From: Pirellulales bacterium
GTDB taxonomy: Bacteria; Planctomycetota; Planctomycetia; Pirellulales; PALSA-1355
Direction: 5' to 3'
NCBI GenBank assembly: GCA_963733035.1
Contig: CAVTBU010000010.1
Coordinates: forward strand, 167,346-231,345
Length of the DNA: 64,000 nucleotides
Part shown: piece by piece, positions 47,744 through 57,969 of the stretch
Numbering within the stretch: the stretch's first letter is position 1
How the letters are laid out: every line of letters begins with the position of its first letter
Translations under genes and position numbers: made by a program
Notes under the pieces: generated by a model
Seen by the model: only the letters and a program-made list of their open reading frames with translations
Told to the model about the DNA's origin: nothing
Database searches by the model: none

Positions 47744-48125
47744 GCCACAAGTCTCCTCGATCGAAGTTTCCGAATGACGGACCAACCGAAGCATTGGCTC
47801 TTAGCTCGGCAACCGCGCGAGGCGCCATGCTTCTGCTACACGCTATCGACGCCGGCTGGTGGGCCGATGTGGGAGAACCTATGCCGGAAACGACAAAACG
47901 GCGTTTTCTTAGCCGAAATTGCGGAAAATGCCTGAGATGCCGAGCTACTTGTCCCGACAACCGGTAGTTGCCGCAAAAACCGCGAGATGCGGCGCGCTGG
48001 TGTCAGCATTGCACGGCCAAGGTACCGCAACGCAAAGCGAGGATTCTATTAGTTGATGCTCGTCTCTGACGGCGCGTAGAATCGTCTCGGTCGGCAATAA
48101 GTACGACAATAGGGGGAGTCGAACG

Positions 48126-48797
48126 ATGACGAACGCCACCATTTCGCGGGAACAGGCTCGCGAGTTCGACCGTCGCGCCGTGGAAGAGTACGGCCTGAAC
48201 GGTCTGGTCTTAATGGAGAACGCCGGTCGCGGTACTACGGATGTCCTTTGCAATCTGGGGATTGCTGGGCCGGTGGTTATTGTTTGCGGAAGCGGCAACA
48301 ACGGTGGCGATGGATTTGTGATCGCCCGACATTTGGACTTGCGTGGCCACAAGGTGCGCGTGCTATTGTGCGGCGACCCGGCGGGCTTGCATGGCGACGC
48401 GGCCCGCAACTACGAGGTGCTCAGCAAGTGCGACGTGCCGATGCGCCGCGTGGAGGTGTCGACGATCGGCTCGGAGTTTCAGGATGTCGCGTGGATCGTT
48501 GACGCACTGCTGGGCACGGGCGCAAAAGGAGAGCCACGCCCGCCGTATGACGAGGTGATCGACGCAGTCAATGCCAGCGGCGTGCCAGTGCTCGCGGTCG
48601 ATGTGCCGAGCGGATTGGATTGCGATACGGGCCAGGCAGCCCAGCATACGATTCGAGCAGCGCACACGTGCACGTTTGTCGCCGCGAAGCCGGGCTTTCT
48701 TTTGTCGGCTGCGAAGGAGTGTATTGGCCGACTGCATATCGTCGACATCGGAGCCCCTCGCAAACTCGTCGACGAGTTCCTAGGCCGGCCGATGTGA
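48126..48797 (+). CDS. nnrE: NAD(P)H-hydrate epimerase (YjeF_N, stand-alone)
   Basis: LMENAG, CGSGNNGGDG, DALLGTG, AVDVPSG, DIG. Confidence 0.95.
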   Translation: MTNATISREQAREFDRRAVEEYGLNGLVLMENAGRGTTDVLCNLGIAGPVVIVCGSGNNGGDGFVIARHLDLRGHKVRVLLCGDPAGLHGDAARNYEVLSKCDVPMRRVEVSTIGSEFQDVAWIVDALLGTGAKGEPRPPYDEVIDAVNASGVPVLAVDVPSGLDCDTGQAAQHTIRAAHTCTFVAAKPGFLLSAAKECIGRLHIVDIGAPRKLVDEFLGRPM

Positions 48798-48924
48798 CAC
48801 GTGCGACATTCAAGAAGGTTGTAAAGTGAATATCGCGCCGAGAGCTTGCCGCGTCGAGGCCCGCCCGTAGGCCGGGCGACAACTGGCTAAGAATCTTGCA
48901 GGTGATCCGCCATTAGCACGGACG

Positions 48925-49068
48925 TCAAGTCCGCCGCAGCTCGCGAAGGTATTGGAGACGCTGAGTCAACTCCTCGGATGGGAACTCGTCTTCCTCCAGT
49001 GCGCTTAGCTCCGCACCGATCTTGGCAAGCCGCTGCACGACTTTGACTTTCGTGTCTTCGGTTGGCAT
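48925..49068 (-). CDS. 47-aa helical hypothetical protein
   Basis: GGAG RBS; MPTEDTKVKVVQRLAKIGAELSALEEDEFPSEELTQRLQYLRELRRT*. Confidence 0.45.
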   Translation of the reverse strand: MPTEDTKVKVVQRLAKIGAELSALEEDEFPSEELTQRLQYLRELRRT

Positions 49069-49449
49069 CGAGGAACTCCGGCTCAAAACGCCATCAAAGG
49101 TGCTACGGATCATTTGACCGCTCCGAAAACGTCGAGCCGGAAGCCAAGCAGGACTTTCCCACACACCGAGAGCAGAGCGCAACAGCCAACTCGTGGCACT
49201 GGCAGCAGATTGTGCCCTATCTGGTAAACCGCAAACCGACGCCCGAACCCGCCAGATCGGACGAGATTCTTCTTGCACACACGGAAGCCGAACCGCAAGC
49301 TGCGCCCGTGTCGGATGACAGTACGGGACACGCGGCGATCAGGTTCGGAACAGAGGCCGGAACGAGACTAGGATACCCTGGCAAATTGGCAAAAAAAGGG
49401 GAGGGATCGTCCCACCAACGGCGGTCGTCCACCTTGGTTTTCCTCCGGC

Positions 49450-50379
49450 TTACTCCGCCGGAGGCGGTTCGTACTCGAAATCCTTCCACTTCATCGGGCG
49501 GCGGAAGGGTTCGATGCGGAGGGTGACTTCGCCGTTTTGGAAAATGCGTACCGTGCCGTTTGATTCGCTGACGGCGACGGCCACGGCATTGGTCTTGCGG
49601 CTGATCGCCGCGGCCGCCCAGTGCCGGGCACCCAATCCCTTGGGCAGCGTGATGTTATCGGCCGGGGCGTCGATGTAGCGGGCCGACGCTTCGACGATGC
49701 CGTCGGCAGACACGATGATCGCGCCGTCCAGCTGAGAAATCTCTTTGATTCCTTCGCGTACCCGCGGGTCGTCGAGATTTCGCTCGTCGCGGCTATAGCC
49801 CCGCACCGGATCGAAGCCTACCGGATGGCTGCTGGCCAGCACCTTGCGGGCGTCTCCAACGACAAACAGGGCCCCGATGGGCTTCCCTTCGCGTCCCTCG
49901 CGCCCAATTTCCACGGCCATGTCGACTACCGTCTTGAGCGTATCGAGCGGCACACGGGTTTCGAGCTGCCGCAAGTCGCGCGAGGTGAGCTGTCCGAGGT
50001 GCTCGCCGAGGTGAATCAGGCTGATCGAATCGACGGTGCCCGGCTCAAAACCGCTGTACACGGCCACGACCTGAGCCCCCGAGGCCAAGATATCGTCCGC
50101 CACGGCTTCCAGGATGGCCTGCGTCAGTTTTTCATGGACCGGCGCCTCGGGCATCTTCAGGACGACAGTCGCGAGTCCTGCGTCGCCGGCTCCCTCGAGT
50201 TGTGCGGCAAAGTCGGCGGCCACCAGGATCTTCTCGCCGTCGCAATGTTCCTTGAGACGGTCCCATTCCGTGGGACCCTCGAGCAGCACCAAGATGGCAT
50301 CGGCCGCGGCGGCTTTGGAAAGCCGGGCCGCGGCGCCAAAAACGGTCTCGAATTGGTCCGTAAATCGGTACGTCTTCAC
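49450..50379 (-). CDS. Soluble diadenylate cyclase (DisA_N/DAC domain with N-terminal alpha/beta domain)
   Basis: EGREGKPIGALF, DGA and GLGARH catalytic motifs, VSESNG; no TM. Confidence 0.9.
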   Translation of the reverse strand: MKTYRFTDQFETVFGAAARLSKAAAADAILVLLEGPTEWDRLKEHCDGEKILVAADFAAQLEGAGDAGLATVVLKMPEAPVHEKLTQAILEAVADDILASGAQVVAVYSGFEPGTVDSISLIHLGEHLGQLTSRDLRQLETRVPLDTLKTVVDMAVEIGREGREGKPIGALFVVGDARKVLASSHPVGFDPVRGYSRDERNLDDPRVREGIKEISQLDGAIIVSADGIVEASARYIDAPADNITLPKGLGARHWAAAAISRKTNAVAVAVSESNGTVRIFQNGEVTLRIEPFRRPMKWKDFEYEPPPAE

Positions 50380-50622
50380 AGGCTAGGTAACCACTCGGCG
50401 GACGAATTCCACGGGAAGTTGAGCACGACAGTGCTGCCGTCACGGCACCGCAATCGTAAGAACTTTACCTCCGCTGGGCAACGGCAAGCGACACAGCAAG
50501 AGATAAGACCACGCCGTTGGGAACCCGGTCACATTGCTCGCTGGAAACGCGCAAAAGATCGGCCCGGCGACCGCGCTGGCAAGCGGTCGGGGCCGTCTCA
50601 TGGGGGAATGCGTGTTGTTGGT

Positions 50623-52056
50623 CTACTTCGTTTCCAGACGCCGGGCTTCGAGCGGCGTGACCTCGGCCTGGCCGTCGGCCAAGGGGGCGGTTCGCATTGG
50701 CACGACGTTCTTGAACACCCGGTTCTCATAGAGCAATAGCCCGTGCAAGGCATGTCCGAGCGGACCGATTTCCCAAGAATGTCCGTCGTTGGCCAGCATC
50801 AGCGTCGCCAGGTAGTCGACCGCGTTGACCATCCGCGGATCGCGCAATTCGTCGTCCGACAGCGAAAAGGTGATCCACTCCAGAATATGACCGCTGGTCT
50901 TGATGCGGCGGTCGATGCTCGGGTCAGCAGCCTTGCGTTCGAACCAAGCCGTGCTGAAGCTGCCATCGGGGTTCTGCAGGCCGAACGTATAGCGATGATA
51001 GTCGCGCAGATAGATCTGGGCCCGCTCAAAGTCACCCGTGATCGGTTTGCCGCGTTGGGCTCGTTTTTTCAGGGCATAGCTGTATCCCATCAGCCGGTGC
51101 GTACCGCCGCAGGCAGCACCGCGGATTGGCGCTCGTAGTTCCTCGCGCACCAACCGCTCGATCGACCACGTTTGCCCATTGGAAGTTGTCCAGGTGGCAT
51201 CCGGGTCGAGAAAGTGCGACAGGGCGATGAGCTTGAATGTGAGTTCCTCGCCCGAGACGCAGGTCTCCTTCTCACGCTCGATCAGATCCTCGAGGGTGAA
51301 CTGCTTGCCGTCGACCATCATGGGGTAGTTGCTCATGACGCGCGACTGGGCGAGTATCGCCAGGAACTGACCGCCGTGTCCTTGCACGCCCACGCCTCGG
51401 CTGGCGTCGACTTTGCCGCCGCTGATGTAGAGCATGCGTTGTCCACGGCACGGGTAGTTGTAGCACATGTAGCCGATCGCGTTGACGGTCTCGCTACCCG
51501 GGCCTTCCTTGTAGATCTGCGTGTCGACGCCATAGGCAATAATCGCGTGCATCATCTCCCAGGGCGAATTGTCGCGGGCGCTCTGGTGCCGTTTGTAGTT
51601 GCGGGCGAGTACGGTCCGAATCTTCTCGCACAAGGCCAGCATTTCGGGCGAAAGTTTCGCGGCCTGCACACCGGGCGTCTTAGTGACGGCACCAGGTGCT
51701 TGCCGGTCGCGGTTCGTTTCGAGCAACTGATCGCCCGTCGCCGGATCGTCCTCGATTTCGACGACGTCGATCTCAGTCGTGTCGTCGTCCGCATCGCTTG
51801 GGCCGGCGCCAAACAGCAGCATTTGATTGGTCGCGGCCGACAGCGGGTCGGAACCGGGAAGATCGACGAGCAGCCGACGGGCTTCTCGCAGCTCCTCACT
51901 TGTCGCGACGGGCGCGATTGCGGTGCGGTTGCTCGGTCCGATCAGCATTGGGCCCGCAGGTTCGGCCGCGACAACCGGCGTGGTCCAACCCAGGGTCAGC
52001 GACCACAACCAGAGGGCGGAACAGGATCCGACGGCCGACAACTTTAATCCACTCAT
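50623..52056 (-). CDS. Exported hypothetical protein, probable alpha/alpha-barrel
   Basis: Signal peptide; GHGGQFLAILAQ, ACGGTHRL, QNPDGSFS, GHILEW, HALHGL. Confidence 0.75.
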   Translation of the reverse strand: MSGLKLSAVGSCSALWLWSLTLGWTTPVVAAEPAGPMLIGPSNRTAIAPVATSEELREARRLLVDLPGSDPLSAATNQMLLFGAGPSDADDDTTEIDVVEIEDDPATGDQLLETNRDRQAPGAVTKTPGVQAAKLSPEMLALCEKIRTVLARNYKRHQSARDNSPWEMMHAIIAYGVDTQIYKEGPGSETVNAIGYMCYNYPCRGQRMLYISGGKVDASRGVGVQGHGGQFLAILAQSRVMSNYPMMVDGKQFTLEDLIEREKETCVSGEELTFKLIALSHFLDPDATWTTSNGQTWSIERLVREELRAPIRGAACGGTHRLMGYSYALKKRAQRGKPITGDFERAQIYLRDYHRYTFGLQNPDGSFSTAWFERKAADPSIDRRIKTSGHILEWITFSLSDDELRDPRMVNAVDYLATLMLANDGHSWEIGPLGHALHGLLLYENRVFKNVVPMRTAPLADGQAEVTPLEARRLETK

Positions 52057-52341
52057 CGATGGTCCCCTGAAACGCAAGTTCCGACGGCGCGGAACTTCAA
52101 CGGTTATTTTTGTGAATAAGGGTGGGTAAGGCTAGCGGAAGGTAGGAGTCAGGTTGCCAGTATCCCGATGCCAGCAATACCCCGACGGAGTACTGATATC
52201 GGCCGAACACCGCCGGTTGATTACGAGGTTCGGTCGGATTTCGGCGTTGTAACCCGCCTTGCTGGTCCAGACTTGCGACCGCCGCCCGCGTCATGTCGAT
52301 TGAGAAAGGACTGCGGTTTTTAGCGGCGCATTTGCCGGCGC

Positions 52342-53044
52342 CTAATAGATCGCGCGACGCAGTTTTTCGGCAATGCTTATCTCGGGTGCATCCGTCGCGC
52401 CATTCTGCGCGTACTCGCGCCACGCCTGCAGGTTGTTCCCGTAGTCGTGACCGCTGACCTGTGCCAACGCTTCGTGTGCGCGGGCTTGCAGGGCGGGATC
52501 GGAATCGGCCAGAGCGTCGGCCAGCGGCACGAGCGCCTGGGTGCTTCCCGCTTCACCGAGTGCCTCGACAGCCGCGAGCCTAACTGGCAATTCGGTTTCG
52601 GTGCCCAGGACTCGCACTAGTTCGCGGACGGCAATCTCGTCGCCGCGCACGCCCAGCCCCAGGCACGCTACCCGACGGGTTTCGGTTTCGCCGTCCTCGA
52701 GCGACCGCACCAACACGGCGCCCGCGTCGGGTTGGGGGAACTGTGCAAGGGCGCGTAAAATTTCCCGTCGCACCCAGCCGTCGCTTTCGTCGTGAAACTC
52801 GCGTGACAGCTTGGCGACTTGCTGTTCCTGCTCGGCCGGCGATAACTTTCGGGCTTCCTTGGCAAGCTTTCGAAATTCCTTCACGCGGTCTTTGGGAGTC
52901 TTGATTCCGTACAATTCTTCCGGTGTTTTCGTGAAGGGCCTTGTCACAAACCGGTTAATCGAGTGCGCAGGTATCAGCGCAGCCCGACAACAGCAGCAGG
53001 CAGCCAATTGCCCAAGGCACCAAGCTGGAAAGCCGGCCGTGCAT
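52342..53044 (-). CDS. HEAT-repeat lipoprotein; frameshift near 52965 as given
   Basis: MHGRLSSLVPWAIGCLLLLSGC lipobox in one frame; VRREILRAL, RRVACLGLG, VRLAAVEALG HEAT repeats in another. Confidence 0.75.
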
Positions 53045-53300
53045 AGCGACTCGAGTGAGAGGCAGAAGGGAATTTCCCGAAAGGTAGCGGAGGTTTGTAG
53101 CAAAACCTCCGGCGTGGCTCCAGACCACTTCCTCGCTACTCGGCGCGGTGGCATAGGATGCGGAAAAATGGCAATTCACCGGTTGCTAGCGGCCTCCCAT
53201 CGCAATGGCTTCGGGCGGCCCCCCCGTGCTATGATAAAGGGGATCCAATCTTCAGCCCGATCCGGGTTGCCGCTCCCCCACTGCTTGTGTGGTTTGCCGC

Positions 53301-54440
53301 GTGAAGCATATCGTCCTTTACTTATTGCTTTCCACCACGCTGTCGGCGTCGGCCCAAGCGATTGAACACGTTGCCTTCCGGCGCGACGGCCAAGAACAAG
53401 ACGTCGCGGGACAGGTTTTGGTGACTGCGGCCGACGGGGGGATCCTACTGCAATCGGCCGACGGCACGCTCTGGGCCCTGGAGCCAGGCGAAATTGTCCG
53501 CCGCCAGTCCGATGACACGCCCTTCGAACCGCTCGATAGCGAGGCACTGGGCCGGCAACTGCTTGCCGAGCTACCCGAGGGTTTCGACGTCTACACCACG
53601 CACCACTATCTGATTTGCTACAACACCTCGCGCGACTATGCGGCCTGGTGCGGTGCGTTGTTCGAGCGCCTGTACAAGGGGTTCACCAACTATTGGTCGC
53701 GCAAAGGTCTCAAACTCGAGGAGTCGCGATTTCCGCTGGTGGCGGTGGTGTTCCATTCGCGCCAGTCGTATGCGGACTACGCCAAGAGCGAACTGGGTGA
53801 CGCGGCCGACGCGATTGTCGGCTATTACAGCCTCCGCACGAATCGCATCGTGATGTACGACCTGACCGGCGTCGAATCGCTGCGAGTCGCCGGCGACCGA
53901 CGGTCGAACGCCGCGCAAATCAATCAGATGCTGGCTCGCCCCGAGGCCACGCAGTCGGTGGCCACGATCATCCACGAGGCCACGCATCAAGTGGCCTTCA
54001 ACAGCGGTCTACAGACACGCTTCTCCGACATTCCGCTCTGGGTTAGCGAGGGGCTGGCCGTGTTTTTCGAAACCCCCGATTTGCAAAGTGCCCGCGGCTG
54101 GCGCACGATCGGCGCACTCAGCCCGGGCAGGCTCGCGCAGTTCCGTCAATACTTGCGTAGCCGCCCGCCGAACTCGCTCAAGAGCCTGATTGCCGACGAC
54201 AAACGCATTCGCGACACCCGCACGGCACTCGATGCCTACGCGGAAGCCTGGGCACTCAACTACTACCTGCTCCACCACCATCCGCGAGAGTATGTGGCCT
54301 ATCTGCAAGTGCTGTCACAAAAACCACAACTCGTGTGGGACGACGCGGAAACCCGCATCGAAGAATTTCGCCGGGCGTTTGGCGACAATCTGGGACAACT
54401 TGACACCGACTTCCTGCGATATATCCAGAAGCTCAAGTAG
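53301..54440 (+). CDS. DUF1570-like zincin-motif exported protein
   Basis: HEATHQ..FN.G, PLWVSEGLA..FE, YAEAWAL. Confidence 0.85.
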   Translation: MKHIVLYLLLSTTLSASAQAIEHVAFRRDGQEQDVAGQVLVTAADGGILLQSADGTLWALEPGEIVRRQSDDTPFEPLDSEALGRQLLAELPEGFDVYTTHHYLICYNTSRDYAAWCGALFERLYKGFTNYWSRKGLKLEESRFPLVAVVFHSRQSYADYAKSELGDAADAIVGYYSLRTNRIVMYDLTGVESLRVAGDRRSNAAQINQMLARPEATQSVATIIHEATHQVAFNSGLQTRFSDIPLWVSEGLAVFFETPDLQSARGWRTIGALSPGRLAQFRQYLRSRPPNSLKSLIADDKRIRDTRTALDAYAEAWALNYYLLHHHPREYVAYLQVLSQKPQLVWDDAETRIEEFRRAFGDNLGQLDTDFLRYIQKLK

Positions 54441-54663
54441 TGCCGTCGTGTTTTGCGCGCGGTCGAAGCTCGGGCCCTGACGGTCCGGCGTCCGTAAGTT
54501 CGGTTCGCGGGGACGGCTGATGGCGGGTTTGCGGTGTAATCGGCACCACGGTCTTTCATCTGCCCGCGCACGCTGGTTATAATCGCAGCGGGCGCTCGAT
54601 GGCCGCGGAGCAAACGCGCGCATCCGCCCTCCCGCCACGCGACCTCTGTAAAGGAACCCACCG

Positions 54664-55962
54664 ATGGCCGAACCGCACGAATCGCCCGCCGCTCAACCTT
54701 CCCGCCGCCAGTTTCTCAAGTCGTCGTCGGCCTTGATCGCGGCCGGCGGAGCGCTGGGCTCGAGCCTGCTTGTCAGCCGCTCGGCACACGCGGCGGGAAG
54801 CGACATGCTGAAGATTGGTTTGATCGGCTGCGGCGGTCGCGGCACCGGTGCCGTGGGGAACGCTTTTGCCGCGGATCCAAATACCCAGTTGACGGCCGTC
54901 GCCGACGCGTTCGAGGATCGCGCTTTGTCGAGTCTCGAACAATTGCGCAAAGGAAGCGCCGCTCGTGTCACGGTTGATCCGGATCACTGCTTTACGGGCT
55001 TCGACGCCTACGAAAAGTTGCTGGCCACCGACGTCGACGTGGTCATCCTCGCGACTCCGCCGCACTTTCGGCCCGCACATTTGAAAGCCGCGATTGCCTC
55101 GGGCAAGCACGTCTTTTGCGAGAAGCCGGTGGCTGTCGACGCTCCGGGGATCCGTAGCGTGCTGGAAACGACGGAGGAAGCGAAAAAGAAAAACCTGACG
55201 CTCGTCTCGGGGCTGTGCTACCGCTACGATCCTCCCAAGATCGAAACGATCAAGCGGATTCACGATGGCGCGGTCGGGGATGTTCTGACGCTGCACGTTA
55301 GTTACAACACCGGCACGCTATGGCATCACGGCCGGCAGCCGTCGTGGAGCGAAATGGAATATCAGCTTCGCAACTGGCTGTATTTCACCTGGCTGTCGGG
55401 CGACTTCAACGTCGAGCAGCACGTGCATAGCCTCGATAAGGCCGCTTGGGTAATGCACGACGTGCCGCCGGTGAAGGCCACCGGTTTGGGCGGCCGACAA
55501 GTTCGCACCGGCGAACAGTGGGGCAATATCTACGACCACTTTGCCGTGATTTACGAATACGAGAACGGCACCAAGCTGTTTGCCAATTGCAGACAAATGG
55601 CTGGTTGCTCGGTCGACGTTTCCGATCACGTGGTCGGCAGCAAGGGCAAGGCCGAGCTGATGCGAGCCGTGATTGAGGGGGAACAGCCCTGGCGCTACCG
55701 CGGCGAGAAGCCGAACATGTACGAGGAAGAACACCGCGCAATGTTTTCGGCCATCCGCTCGTCGAACCCGATCAACAATGGCGAGTACATGGCGAAAAGC
55801 TCGATGATGGCCATCATGGGCCGCATGGCGGCCTACACGGGCCAGACGCTCACGTGGGACCAATGCCTCAACTCGAGCGAGGACCTCACGCCCGTCAAGT
55901 ACGAGTGGGCCGAAGTCAGCATCCCGCCAGTCGCCATGCCGGGCCTGACGCGATTCGCGTAG
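54664..55962 (+). CDS. Tat-exported Gfo/Idh/MocA oxidoreductase
   Basis: SRRQFLK, GLIGCGGRG, ATPPHFRP, CEKP, EQHVH. Confidence 0.93.
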   Translation: MAEPHESPAAQPSRRQFLKSSSALIAAGGALGSSLLVSRSAHAAGSDMLKIGLIGCGGRGTGAVGNAFAADPNTQLTAVADAFEDRALSSLEQLRKGSAARVTVDPDHCFTGFDAYEKLLATDVDVVILATPPHFRPAHLKAAIASGKHVFCEKPVAVDAPGIRSVLETTEEAKKKNLTLVSGLCYRYDPPKIETIKRIHDGAVGDVLTLHVSYNTGTLWHHGRQPSWSEMEYQLRNWLYFTWLSGDFNVEQHVHSLDKAAWVMHDVPPVKATGLGGRQVRTGEQWGNIYDHFAVIYEYENGTKLFANCRQMAGCSVDVSDHVVGSKGKAELMRAVIEGEQPWRYRGEKPNMYEEEHRAMFSAIRSSNPINNGEYMAKSSMMAIMGRMAAYTGQTLTWDQCLNSSEDLTPVKYEWAEVSIPPVAMPGLTRFA

Positions 55963-56056
55963 AGTTCGCAGGGCCGCGGTGATCGTCCCGCCAGGCAATC
56001 TGTCTGCCGCGGCGTGTAACCTGTTGGCGCGTCGGCACGTGATTTGGCTGGCCGCT

Positions 56057-57511
56057 TTAGCCGGCACGTAGTTGCGCTTCGACGCGACGGATGGTTTCTT
56101 CCACGCTGAGCGACGTTTCGGCGAGCTTCTGTGTGGCACTTCCGGTCATCCAGCCCTCGATCTTTTTCTGGGCCGAGATCACCGTGCTATGGCTCCGCTT
56201 GCCGAAGTAGCTGCCGATTTCCGCCAGCGGAGCGCGGGTGTATTTCCGAGCGAGGTACATCGCCAGCATCCGAGGATGGCTCACGAGTTTCCCTTTGCGA
56301 TCCGATTGCAGACTATCGGGGTCGAGGCCGAATACTTCGCACACCGCCTTCTCGATGTCCGGCAGCTTGACCAACCGGTTTTGATGGTCGACCAGTTCGG
56401 CCAGCGTCTCTTCGGCCAGCGTCATCGTAATCGGCCGCTCATGCGCGAGACTCATCGCGTGGAGCCGTTTGAGGGCTCCGATCAGTTCGCGGGCTTGCGC
56501 GGTGAGGTGGGTGGCGACGTAGGCCTGCACCTCCTCGGGGATGTTCATGCCGAGTTGAGCGGCCTGATGGCGAACAATACCCAGTCGCGTGGCGTATTCG
56601 GCCGGTTCGAGACGGCAGACCATGCCGCCAGATAACCGCGAGACGAGCTCCGGGGCCAACCCCTTGAGGGCCGTCGGCGGGCGATCGGCCGCGAAGACGA
56701 GTTGTTTGCCGCATCGCAGCAGAGCGTCGATCGTATGTTGCAACTCGCCAATCGTGGCTTTCTTGCCGGCCAGAAACTGCAAGTCGTCGATGATCAGCAG
56801 ATCCAGATCACGAAATCGGCCACGAAAGCTGGCCATGCCGCTCTTGTGCAGAGCTTGCAGAAAGTGGCTCGTGAACTGTTCGGCCGACAGGTAAACGGCC
56901 CCTCGACGGCAATGTGTCTTGCGAAATGCCCCGTAGATTCCTTCCAGCAGATGCGTCTTGCCTGTGGCGGTAGGGCCGTGAATCAGCAGGGGAGAGTAAC
57001 CGCCCGGCTGCGCCACGGCCATTTGCGCTGCCTTGTGAGCCAGGCAGTTGGTGTTACCCACGACGAACGACTCAAATGCGTGGAGACGCCGGCGCAAAGG
57101 GGTCGACGGGGAAGCCTCGCTCGTAGCAAGGCTGGCGGACGCGCCGCTCGGTGACTCATCGTTGTTGGCCATCGAGCGGTCTGACGATTCGGCCGTCGAG
57201 TTCGGTTTGCGTTCCGTCCGCCGAAGGCTCTTCCGTTTCGATTCGACCGGTTTGTCCGTTGCCGTTACGATCCGAAATTCCAGCACCAACGGTCGGCCGC
57301 TGGCCTCCAGAGCGCAGATTTCCAGGTCCTTGCGAAAGTGCGAACGGAGCCAGTCCTGAAAGAACGGGCTGGGCACGCTGACTATGAGCGTGTCGCCACG
57401 CAGGGCAAGCTGCGTCGTGGGGCCGAACCAAACCTCGTATCGATCGCCACCGATGCGGTCCGCCAGTCGAGCACGAATTGCCGAAACGATTTCTCGATCG
57501 TCCGTGATCAC
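56057..57511 (-). CDS. dnaA: Chromosomal replication initiator DnaA; start approximate (57511-57550)
   Basis: FVVG..N.LA, Walker A GPTATGKTHL, LIIDDLQF, RLSGG, PRMLAMYLAR, IG.YFG.RSHSTV. Confidence 0.93.
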   Translation of the reverse strand: MITDDREIVSAIRARLADRIGGDRYEVWFGPTTQLALRGDTLIVSVPSPFFQDWLRSHFRKDLEICALEASGRPLVLEFRIVTATDKPVESKRKSLRRTERKPNSTAESSDRSMANNDESPSGASASLATSEASPSTPLRRRLHAFESFVVGNTNCLAHKAAQMAVAQPGGYSPLLIHGPTATGKTHLLEGIYGAFRKTHCRRGAVYLSAEQFTSHFLQALHKSGMASFRGRFRDLDLLIIDDLQFLAGKKATIGELQHTIDALLRCGKQLVFAADRPPTALKGLAPELVSRLSGGMVCRLEPAEYATRLGIVRHQAAQLGMNIPEEVQAYVATHLTAQARELIGALKRLHAMSLAHERPITMTLAEETLAELVDHQNRLVKLPDIEKAVCEVFGLDPDSLQSDRKGKLVSHPRMLAMYLARKYTRAPLAEIGSYFGKRSHSTVISAQKKIEGWMTGSATQKLAETSLSVEETIRRVEAQLRAG

Positions 57512-57969
57512 GTCCTGCGCCCCCAAATTTGCGCGCGGCACTTCCATCAAACCACACGAACATGAAACGCGCCAGCGTCTGACCAGCCACCAGCAGCTTG
57601 TGATCCGATGAGCATCCGCCGAAACCCGCGACGGCTCTTCCGCCGTGGGTCAATCGTTGCCACCCGAGACGCCGATTGTACGGTCGCTAGCGTTGCTGTC
57701 AAAGGCCCCTCTCGACCGCGCTGTGGGTTGCGAGTCGGAGGCAACGCGGCGAGCCCGGAAATTGCCGTGAATTGTTTTCATCGTGTGAGCGCAAGTCGCG
57801 CGAAATTTTTTTTCGCGCTCGTCATCGAACAGGTGGAAAAACTGTTTGCTCCATTCGCGCGCTGTGCGCAGAACTCGCGCAAGGTTCGCGGTCGTCATGA
57901 CTTGCGGACGTATTGAAAATCGAACCAAAAAACGAGCGGCGATTTGCACGTGTTTCGCGACGCTCCGAT

